In this document: positions 1-8,378 of the stretch, one piece after another | How the letters are laid out: the number at the start of each line of letters is the position of its first letter | Numbering within the stretch: the first letter of the stretch is position 1 | NCBI RefSeq assembly: GCF_963676685.1 | Contig: NC_092346.1 | Span: forward strand, 65,844,001-65,908,000 | DNA length: 64,000 nucleotides | Direction of reading: 5' to 3' | Origin: Mytilus edulis | Taxonomy: Eukaryota | Notes under the pieces: generated by a model | Seen by the model: only the letters and a program-made list of their open reading frames with translations | What the model was told of the DNA's origin: nothing | Database searches by the model: none | Made by a program: the position numbers and the translations under genes

Positions 1-970
1 GAATATATTGCCTACCCATGTTAAAACTAAAATAAAGTATAGTTTGCATCAATTATTTCGATTCTGATTTCTATGTCCGAAGTACATAAGAGAAGAGCGC
101 TTGTATAGGCTCTTCTATGAACCTCACTTTTATGTCTGTAAACAAGCAAACGACTGGCATGTGATTTTTCAAAGGGAGGAGTTTTGAACAGCCAGCATGA
201 ACGGTTGTCGTATCTGGGTCAAATATGTCAATTCGAAGTGCAACACATGACAGCCATAATTAATAGAAATGTTAGAAACAATATGTGCATCATTTAAAAG
301 TTTGGAAGTGTTTTAAAAGTTAATGAAGTATATTAAATGCATGCCAATGTGATAAAATACATTATCATATACTTAGACTAAATAACATATGATTTTTACT
401 GTATGATAATGGCATAAAATTAACGTAAATTTCATATTTTTCGAATTGGTGCTTAGCGGCCTGATATGAAAAGTTTATCACATGCTTCGAACGTTATCAC
501 ATGCCTTTCCGTAACGTTATCGCATGGCATTCCGGTGATACTCGGCAAATTCCGGAAAATACACCTCAATGCTACGTTTTCAGTGAAAAACATCACAAAG
601 TAGTGTACAAAACAATTATTTGGATAGTGGAAAGTATATTGTGTAAAAAAACCAAAATAAATGCATTTTTAAAAGTTTAAAACATAATTTAGAAAGCAAC
701 TTTTATAAAATTTGACTTTTCCAAACAGTGTTCATTATGTAGATTGTTAAATTAATTTTTTTTGTCGATTCGTCCATATTAAAATGTTTTTCTTCTCTTT
801 TGATGCATATGATAGAAAGATTTCATATCGAATGTACTAAATTTGGGGTCCGACGTTCGTGAACGTTCACTCTTTGAACTTCTATTTGGGGACCACATGC
901 AAGGATATGTATTCAATATATGAATCTGTTATTTTTCTCTATTGTTGAAGCATATGATAAAAAGATCATA

Positions 971-1095
971 ACATGTCATTTTTCGTATCGCATGTATTAT
1001 CAGCCCTCGGTCAATATCAGCCCTCGAGCCATTCGGCTCTTGGTCTGATATTGAACCTAGGGCTGATAATACATGCGATATGAAAAATGCCATGT
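971..1095. repeat. Imperfect ~125-bp palindrome, probably the end of a non-autonomous DNA element
   Basis: catgtcatttttcgtatcgcatgtattatcagccct pairs with agggctgataatacatgcgatatgaaaaatgccatg; inner arms gagcc-attc-ggctc. Confidence 0.6.
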
Positions 1096-1843
1096 AATAA
1101 TTTGATATTATTCTGCAGTAGTAAATATACGCATGTGCAAACAATTTTTATTGGATTTAGAGAATGGGTTTGTTCACAAAGCGAAAGAAGCACGTCATAT
1201 TAGAATTGTCAAGTAAACTAAATTATTTTAATAAAAATTGCATAAAGTGTGCATTGAGTACTAGTATCATATCTATCTGTTTAAGTTAAACAATAGTTAT
1301 AAACAAATAAAAACAACGAATCTTTTAAATGACATTGCACAAATTTGTTCCATCTAGCATAATACAAATCTGTGTTAAATCTTAAGATCACCATGTTTCT
1401 GTCGATTATAGAAAGAAAGAATAAACACGCAATTTCGTTAGATAAATGTGTGATAAATGTGTGAGTTTAATTCAACATTTTTAATTCTTTTCTTAGTTTG
1501 GTTCATATTCGGTTTCATCATTTATTTTATTGTATCTGCTAAATAAATGATACAATTTCTGTTTATGAAAATAAATTTGCTATACAAATCAGTTTATATG
1601 GTATTTTGTTTTAAAAGCAAGCAAATTGAAAAAGCACCGAGATAACTAAACTCCACTTCTCTGGACTATAAAACTATTAAGAAATTATACACAGTTAGAA
1701 TAAAGGTTAAGTATTAATTAACTTAGTTTTACTTATATGAATAAAAATGTCAATATGAAAATGTTAAGAGTCCTTTTTTTTTGCTAAATTATAATACAAA
1801 TTCGTCTTTATAATTAGTATTAATGTTCTCGTCTATCTTTCAG

Positions 1844-2016
1844 AGAGAAGACTCAGAAGACCATACTACAGGCGAGAACATAAATTGTTTTCAAAACACA
1901 ATCCATTGCCAATCACCAAAACCAAACCTGTCTTTAGAAAATCCGCCAAGAGTGAGAAGTTTTCAAACAACGATTTACTTGACAAGTTAGCAGAACTTAT
2001 TGCTAGGAAGAATTAA
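1844..2016 (+). CDS. Possible terminal exon of an unidentified host gene
   Basis: tatctttcag acceptor, then an open frame RRLRRPYYRREHKLFSKHNPLP...NDLLDKLAELIARKN*; no homology recognised. Confidence 0.25.
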
Positions 2017-2088
2017 AAAAGAAAGATTTTATTTCCTGCATTTCTAACCTTATGAAATTCATCAACATTTTCTCTGCTTTAAATTTAC

Positions 2089-2245
2089 AGTAGTATATAT
2101 TGTGTGGCAGCAGCAAATATTTTTGCCACGTTGACAAAAATTTTGCCCCCGTCAGCAAAAATTGCATAATATATTTGTTGGATAATATCAAAATATTGAT
2201 TTTTAATTTGTAAAATATAAAAGAATGTTTTTATTTTTTTTTTCA
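2089..2245 (+). repeat. Left terminal inverted repeat (55 bp perfect, ~155 bp clear, degenerate to ~2569)
   Basis: Reverse complement of 33404-33458 matches 2089-2143 exactly; similarity continues with mismatches. Confidence 0.92.
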
Positions 2246-2480
2246 CTGCATTAAACAATTTTAATGCATTACCAATCAATTTAACATTGTTGATATGCTG
2301 GATATGGAAGTAGTAAAAGTAAATTGAACATTTAAAAAAAATTTTCATTTCATTAAACAATTTAACGCATTACCAATCATTTAAATTGTTGATATGCTGG
2401 ATATGGAAGTAGTAAAAGGAACATTTAAAACAATTTGAGAGCTTTAATTTGATAAAAGTTTAATTGGTAAATATAATAAT

Positions 2481-2522
2481 TAACCCTAACCCTAACCCTA
2501 ACCCTAACCCTAACCCTAACCC
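2481..2522 (+). repeat. Telomere-type repeat (TAACCC)7 inside the left subterminal region
   Basis: Seven exact TAACCC units. Confidence 0.95.
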
Positions 2523-2569
2523 AAACAAAAATATCATACATTATAAATTATTATTATTATTAATAAAAC

Positions 2570-2926
2570 ATGGATGAGATAGAATCATGTGAAAATATAG
2601 CCAGACTTGATAACATATTCGATATAATATATGCAAAGTCAGTTTTTGACATTCTGAAGAAGGAAAATCAAGTGGAACACATAAGTGGAGGAAATGCATG
2701 GGATTTTTTTTATCAAGTAGAAACAGATAAAGTGTACACCGATTTTGTTAATTTAGTCAGACAATCAAATATTCCAGATAATGTGAGAGTCTACTATCAA
2801 CTTACATTTTTACAATCAACAGATTGGAAAAATACTATATTGAAAACACCGCACAGAGCATCTCGCATAATAGATAAAGTTGAAAAAATGATAGATTTGG
2901 AACCTATTTTTAACAATGGAAAATGA
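2570..2926 (+). CDS. Polinton hypothetical protein (118 aa)
   Basis: First ORF after the TIR; overlaps the integrase start; no motif recognised. Confidence 0.6.
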   Translation: MDEIESCENIARLDNIFDIIYAKSVFDILKKENQVEHISGGNAWDFFYQVETDKVYTDFVNLVRQSNIPDNVRVYYQLTFLQSTDWKNTILKTPHRASRIIDKVEKMIDLEPIFNNGK

Positions 2927-4070
2927 TGATTTAGATGAAAAACTTAGGAATGTATATTACAATACAGCAAATGGGGGAGCATACCTAAGTGCTGAAAAAA
3001 TTTATCAAACGTTGAAGACATCAAGAGATGGAAATGTACCAAGCGTATACAAGATCAGGAAATGGATGGAAAAAATAGACGACTACAATTTACAAAAACC
3101 TGTAAAACGTAGAATTAAAAGAGTGAAAATAATTGTATCGGAACCGTATGAGCAATACGATGCTGACCTTATGGATGTATCCAACATACAGAAATATAAC
3201 AATAAGACACGTTTCCTGTTGGTTGTTATCGATATTTTCACACGGTTTTTATGGATTTATCCATTAAAAAACAAGTTTGGGAAGACAGTAGCTGATGCAT
3301 TTGAAAAAATCTTCAAACATGGTAAAATCCCTTTGAAGGTTTCCACAGATGCGGGAACTGAATTCAAAAACAAAGATTTGAAACGTGTGTTTAAAAAATA
3401 TGACATTTACCATCATGTCTATTTAAATTCCGACAGTAGTAAAGCGTCAATAGCAGAGAGGGTCAATTTGACATTTCGGAGGATGATGTTCCGATATTTT
3501 ACAAAGCATAGAACTTATAGCTATCTCAATGTTCTACAAAATTTGGTAGCAAGTTATAATGCAACGCCACATAGAAGTTTAAATAATACAGCTCCAAAAG
3601 ATGTGAATGAGAAAAACAAATATGATTTGTGGGCATATATGTATATTAAAACTCCACCCAAAGAAAAACGAATCAGAGAAAAGAAAGAAACATTAAAAGT
3701 ACAACGTAAAAGAGGGAAACAGTTTCATTTTAAAATCAATGACATGGTAAGACTGAGCCATTTGAAGAAACCGTTTCAAAGAGCTTATCAGCAACAGTGG
3801 ACCTCCGAAATATTTAAAATATATAGACGATTTCTAATACATGGGAAAATCTTTTATAAAGTACAAGATTTTTTGGACAAGGAAGTTGTAGGCAATTTCA
3901 ATTATACAGAGTTGCAGCGTGTGAAAAAGGAGGCTGACGCATTGTGGTTTGTTGAGAAAGTGCTTAAATGGCGAAGGCGGAATGGTCAACGTGAGGGTTA
4001 TGTAAAATTCCAGGATTGGGATAAACGTTTTTGTCAGTGGATTCCTGAGAGAGATATTGTTGACTTTTAA
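2916..4070 (+). CDS. Retroviral-like DDE integrase with C-terminal chromodomain
   Basis: YDADLMD, STDAGTEF, SIAERVN catalytic triad; YNATPHRSL; chromodomain-like WFVEKVLKWRRR...YVKFQDWDKRFCQWIP. Confidence 0.95.
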   Translation: MENDDLDEKLRNVYYNTANGGAYLSAEKIYQTLKTSRDGNVPSVYKIRKWMEKIDDYNLQKPVKRRIKRVKIIVSEPYEQYDADLMDVSNIQKYNNKTRFLLVVIDIFTRFLWIYPLKNKFGKTVADAFEKIFKHGKIPLKVSTDAGTEFKNKDLKRVFKKYDIYHHVYLNSDSSKASIAERVNLTFRRMMFRYFTKHRTYSYLNVLQNLVASYNATPHRSLNNTAPKDVNEKNKYDLWAYMYIKTPPKEKRIREKKETLKVQRKRGKQFHFKINDMVRLSHLKKPFQRAYQQQWTSEIFKIYRRFLIHGKIFYKVQDFLDKEVVGNFNYTELQRVKKEADALWFVEKVLKWRRRNGQREGYVKFQDWDKRFCQWIPERDIVDF

Positions 4071-4071
4071 A

Positions 4072-4479
4072 ATGAGCTTTTACATGGTCATTAACAGTAA
4101 CAAAAATTTAGACATTTACCCACATAACAGACCACACAAATTCCGTACATATCTTCAGACGCCAATAGTGATGAAATCAAAATGGAAAGTCGCATTAGTT
4201 GATATTAAATTATCATCAAATAATGATCTATATATATATGCAAACATATGCGGTGATGTAATAGTCGATGGTAACAAACAACCCTTATTGAAGCGAATAT
4301 GTTGCTGCTCTCAAACTGAATACTACCACTTTGATCAACTTGCATACATTCCAGTGGTGAAAAGTGAAATAAGAGACATTGAATTCTTTATTACTGACAT
4401 GCAAGGGAGTCATGCATCATTTTTAAAAAATCCAGTGTCGATTACACTGCACTTCAGGTCGTATCCATACTTTGCATGA
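4072..4479 (+). CDS. Minor capsid (penton-like) protein
   Basis: MSFYMVINSN...YPHN..HKF.T.L..PI....KWKVALVDI and C-terminal ITLHFR resemble Polinton minor capsids; ATG at 4072 preferred over TTG at 4057. Confidence 0.75.
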   Translation: MSFYMVINSNKNLDIYPHNRPHKFRTYLQTPIVMKSKWKVALVDIKLSSNNDLYIYANICGDVIVDGNKQPLLKRICCCSQTEYYHFDQLAYIPVVKSEIRDIEFFITDMQGSHASFLKNPVSITLHFRSYPYFA

Positions 4480-4946
4480 TAATCATGGAATTGAACAATT
4501 CTCAATATGTGCTAGACCCTAGGACATGGATAATGTACTATGAAAATCTAGCGAATGACAAACATCACAATTCATATCTTAATAATTCATACAGAAGAAC
4601 TATCCAGAGTGGTGGTTCCCTCACTAATTCAGCAGCTAGCTTCATGGAACCAATCACATTACCACAAAGTAAACCACATGCGCAATCACCCATTAAACTT
4701 GTAACACATGCACAGCAGCAGGTGGAAAATGCTAAGTCGGAAATTAGTCGAGCTGTGAAAAAGATAAAACGCAAACGTGGGAAGTTACAAAACAGTAATA
4801 GAAAAAGCCATAGAGGGGAGCAGAAGAAAACGAAAAAGACAAAGAAAGGAGGAAGGAAAAATAAAACAAACAGTAAGAAAGGAAGTGTACAGAGTGTGAA
4901 AAAAAGATTAAAGAATCAGCTAATTGAAAAGGATATTTTCCAGTAA
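4476..4946 (+). CDS. Basic putative virion core/DNA-condensing protein
   Basis: Lys/Arg-rich C-terminal half, IQSGG possible protease site, lies between the capsid genes. Confidence 0.6.
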   Translation: MIIMELNNSQYVLDPRTWIMYYENLANDKHHNSYLNNSYRRTIQSGGSLTNSAASFMEPITLPQSKPHAQSPIKLVTHAQQQVENAKSEISRAVKKIKRKRGKLQNSNRKSHRGEQKKTKKTKKGGRKNKTNSKKGSVQSVKKRLKNQLIEKDIFQ

Positions 4947-4954
4947 AATTCAAA

Positions 4955-6277
4955 ATGGCTAAAATAAATCCTGAAACATTTCATGAGCTGCAACCAAGTC
5001 AGTTGTCTTTATTCAATCTACCAGGTCATCAAACTGCAGTCACAAGAATCACATATGAACATATTCGACCAGCTGCAACTTTTACAAAGACATCGCCAAT
5101 AGAGTTTCACATATCTGGTGGAACAGAGTATCTAGACTTAAGTAAATCAACAATGCATGTACGTCTAAGACTTAAAAGAGGAGATGGAACCATAGCAGAT
5201 AGCAGTGACGTTAATTGCGGGCCTGTGAACTATGTTTTGCATGCATTATTTAATCAAATAGATGTTTTAATTCAAAATAAAATTGTCACATCTTCAACAG
5301 GATTTTACCCTTACAAAGCTTATATGCAAACTTTATTGAAATATGGGAAAGAAGCTAAAGAATCGCAGCTCTCAAGTCAATTATGGATAGACGATCATCA
5401 AGGAACATTGGATGATGCAGATTGTAACACAGGATCAAATCTTGGGCTCTACAGAAGAACAGCATACATAAAAAATGGTAAAACTGTTGATCTTGAAGGA
5501 AACATTTTCCATCCCCTGTTTTCAATGAATCGTTACATATTAAATCAAGTAGGAGTTACTGTGAAATTCTACAGATCGAGACCAGAATTTTATCTAATGT
5601 CGGTTGATGAAGATGCTGATTATTACCTTGAGATTGAAGATATGTATCTATCAATAGCAAAGATCCACGTTCACCCCGGCATTGTATATGGCCACGATTC
5701 TATACTCAGGACAGTAAACGCTAAATATCCCATTGTGCAAAATGATGTTCGCACAATTTCACTTCCAGCTGGTCAAATAAGTTTTAACTTCAACAACATA
5801 TTCCAGAATAATAGACCCAATAAGGTATTGATAGCCTTTACGGGGAGTCAAAACATAGCAGGTGACTACTCACTATGTCCGTGGACATTCAAACATTGCC
5901 ACCTAAGTGAAATAAATCTTAAAGTTGAGGGAGTGCCAGTTTCCGGGAATCCTGTCAGAGTAAAATTTGACTCGTCAAGTGGAGAATCATCCATTGTTGC
6001 ATTTCGCAATCTATTTGAGGTTGCTGGGAAAACTCTGCAAGACTGTGGTAATGGATTAAACAGAGACAGTTTTTCTGAAGGATATGCCTTGTATGCCTTT
6101 CAACTGGAACCAATTTTTGAAGGTTTAGATTATTTAACATTGAAAAGGAATGAACGTGTCAATTTGGAATGCACATTTGATTCTCCCCTCACTGAACCAA
6201 CAACTATAATCATTTATAGTGAATTTAGTGGATATTTTGAAATAACTCAAACTCGAGACATCATAATTCAAGAATGA
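4955..6277 (+). CDS. Major capsid protein (double jelly-roll)
   Basis: 440 aa; SQLSLFNLP..QT, PIEFHISG..EYLDL, LFNQIDV, YPYKAY, GYALYAFQL typical of Polinton MCP. Confidence 0.9.
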   Translation: MAKINPETFHELQPSQLSLFNLPGHQTAVTRITYEHIRPAATFTKTSPIEFHISGGTEYLDLSKSTMHVRLRLKRGDGTIADSSDVNCGPVNYVLHALFNQIDVLIQNKIVTSSTGFYPYKAYMQTLLKYGKEAKESQLSSQLWIDDHQGTLDDADCNTGSNLGLYRRTAYIKNGKTVDLEGNIFHPLFSMNRYILNQVGVTVKFYRSRPEFYLMSVDEDADYYLEIEDMYLSIAKIHVHPGIVYGHDSILRTVNAKYPIVQNDVRTISLPAGQISFNFNNIFQNNRPNKVLIAFTGSQNIAGDYSLCPWTFKHCHLSEINLKVEGVPVSGNPVRVKFDSSSGESSIVAFRNLFEVAGKTLQDCGNGLNRDSFSEGYALYAFQLEPIFEGLDYLTLKRNERVNLECTFDSPLTEPTTIIIYSEFSGYFEITQTRDIIIQE

Positions 6278-6741
6278 ACACTATGCAATTGGAGTGTATG
6301 ATTAATTGTGATGAACTAATGAAGGATAAAATTGTTGGTATATTTGCAGCAGATCAGATACCTAAGATAGTGAGAAATCGACCCATGGGATTTATTTGTA
6401 ACACTGAAAATCATTTTGAGAATGGTGCACACTGGATCGCCTTTTTCATAAATGAGGAACGAAGAGGGATATTTTTCGACAGCTTCGCACACTCTCCCGA
6501 TTATTATTCACGTCACTTCTTAAAATTCTTTGAACACAATGCGATATCTCTGGAAATAAATCAAAAACGATTACAGAGTGAGAATTCATCAGTATGCGGT
6601 CAATATTGCATTTTCATCTTATCACTCTTATGTAGAGAGTATGATCTAACTAACATTCACGATTTTTTCAGTGATAATCATCAAGCAAACGACATCTTTG
6701 TTTTCAATGTGATTGGTAAAACCTATTCACACTGCATATGA
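6274..6741 (+). CDS. Adenain-like cysteine maturation protease
   Basis: NT...GAHWIAF (His), FFDSF (Asp), LQ....SVCGQYC (Gln, Cys). Confidence 0.93.
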   Translation: MNTMQLECMINCDELMKDKIVGIFAADQIPKIVRNRPMGFICNTENHFENGAHWIAFFINEERRGIFFDSFAHSPDYYSRHFLKFFEHNAISLEINQKRLQSENSSVCGQYCIFILSLLCREYDLTNIHDFFSDNHQANDIFVFNVIGKTYSHCI

Positions 6742-6803
6742 AAAAGTGTTTAAAATGATGAGACACATGGTAACAATCATCATTCGAGCAAGAGGTGATC
6801 ATC

Positions 6804-7445
6804 ATGAGTTTGGTGAAATTTCAAACACCCATGACTTCAATATGTGTCGGTCCAACGGGTTCAGGAAAAACTACATACATTAAAAGATTATTAGAGAACG
6901 CTCAGGAAATGTTTACAATACCACCTCAGAAGATATACTACTGTTACAGCATATGGCAAGATGTCTTCGATGAATTGAAAAAAACTGTCTCCAACATTTC
7001 ATTTCAACTGGAACTGCCTGATGAAAGTGATTTTCTTGTTGATAAGGATATACACACATTATGGATCATTGATGATAAAATGGATGAAGTAGTGGACTGT
7101 AAACTGATGCAGAAGATTTATTGCGTTTTAAGTCATCACACCTTAACATCAATTATTTTTATACTACAAAATTTATATCAGAAGGGGAAGGTTATGCGAT
7201 CAATCAGTTTGAATTCTCACGTCTTTTTTCTTTTCAAAAATGGTAGAGATTCACTGCAAATACAATCTTTAGCTCGACAAATGTTTCCAGGTCAAGTTCG
7301 CTTTTTCATGGACGTTTACCAACGTGCAATTAGCAGACCATACAATTGCTTGATAGTGGATATAGCACCAGGTTCAAACCCTGAATATCAGTTGCGCGCA
7401 AATCCTTTTCCGGGGGAGGACACGATTGTTTATCAACCAAAATGA
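6804..7445 (+). CDS. A32/FtsK-like genome packaging ATPase
   Basis: Walker A GPTGSGKT, Walker B WIIDD, SHH, QNLY, RSISLNS. Confidence 0.93.
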   Translation: MSLVKFQTPMTSICVGPTGSGKTTYIKRLLENAQEMFTIPPQKIYYCYSIWQDVFDELKKTVSNISFQLELPDESDFLVDKDIHTLWIIDDKMDEVVDCKLMQKIYCVLSHHTLTSIIFILQNLYQKGKVMRSISLNSHVFFLFKNGRDSLQIQSLARQMFPGQVRFFMDVYQRAISRPYNCLIVDIAPGSNPEYQLRANPFPGEDTIVYQPK

Positions 7446-7783
7446 TTTTAAAAGAATCAAGTAGAAGCTTCCTTAAATTATTGGCGAACACTACACCTGA
7501 ACAATCTGCTCAAATCATAAAAAGCACGGACCACAGACAATTACAACTATTAGTAGAAATAGTATTCAACTGTCTAAAAAGCGTCATACCATTGTCTGAG
7601 AGGGTTAAAAGGAATCTTTCAACTTTTGCAAAGTTCATTCGTGCTGTGGTAGTTAATAATATAACACCTCAGTTGAGGAGAAAACGTTTACTGAAGATAA
7701 TTGTTATTATTCCAACATTGATATCATCTTTTTTCAAATACTATGACTCGGGAGTTAATACTATTACCCAAGGAGAAATATGA
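7442..7783 (+). CDS. Small helical Polinton protein
   Basis: LKLL...I...LVEIVFNCLK..IPLS..KR.L pattern resembles the ORF that usually follows the Polinton ATPase; amphipathic/hydrophobic C-terminus. Confidence 0.65.
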   Translation: MILKESSRSFLKLLANTTPEQSAQIIKSTDHRQLQLLVEIVFNCLKSVIPLSERVKRNLSTFAKFIRAVVVNNITPQLRRKRLLKIIVIIPTLISSFFKYYDSGVNTITQGEI

Positions 7784-8138
7784 AAGATTGATGAATATGT
7801 CCAACCAATGTGAAATTGTTAATGTGAAAGAAAAAGAAAAGGAATATGATGGTAAAGATAGTGACAGTATAAAAACAGAAATAAACCTAGAAGAAGATGT
7901 AACCAAACAACATGGTAGTGGTCAGGTTTTGCAAAAAACAGAATTGAAAAATTTAAAAGAAACTGTAGATCGATCAAAATCAGACAATCAAGAGGAAAAT
8001 AGGATGGATGTTGATGAATATGATGGTGCAGCAGAGGGTAAAGCTATCAAGATGTCTCCTGAAAAATTCTTAAGAAATGTGGAAAAATCGCAAAATCGCA
8101 AAAGATTAAAGAGTAAATGGTTATCATTTCATTTGTAA
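7743..8138 (+). CDS. Polinton hypothetical protein (131 aa)
   Basis: MTRELILLPKEKYERL N-terminus, QHGSG motif, KWLSFHL end; last ORF before AATAAA at ~8276. Confidence 0.6.
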   Translation: MTRELILLPKEKYERLMNMSNQCEIVNVKEKEKEYDGKDSDSIKTEINLEEDVTKQHGSGQVLQKTELKNLKETVDRSKSDNQEENRMDVDEYDGAAEGKAIKMSPEKFLRNVEKSQNRKRLKSKWLSFHL

Positions 8139-8332
8139 TGAAGAAGTGGATTATTTAAAACTATTGGAGACTTCAATCAATCACTTGTATTTTTCTTTAA
8201 ATTTGTCTATATTTATATATGTATATAATATATTGTCTATTTGTATATTTACACTGTGTACCTTTAAATTTAATTAATAAAATAAATATTTAGATAACAT
8301 ATGTTCGCCTATTAGTTCTAGTCCACGATCGC

Positions 8333-8347
8333 GTAGTATATATAAAA
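8333..8347 (+). promoter_or_regulatory. Putative TATA box of pPolB
   Basis: gtagTATATATAAAA about 35 bp upstream of ATG 8379. Confidence 0.45.
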
Positions 8348-8378
8348 CGTTGAAAGTGCTATTGATATCACAATTGTC

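Noticed and set aside
2481-2522. Chromosome telomere or telomere-healing site
   Set aside because: Only 42 bp, internal to the element, and mirrored in the right arm
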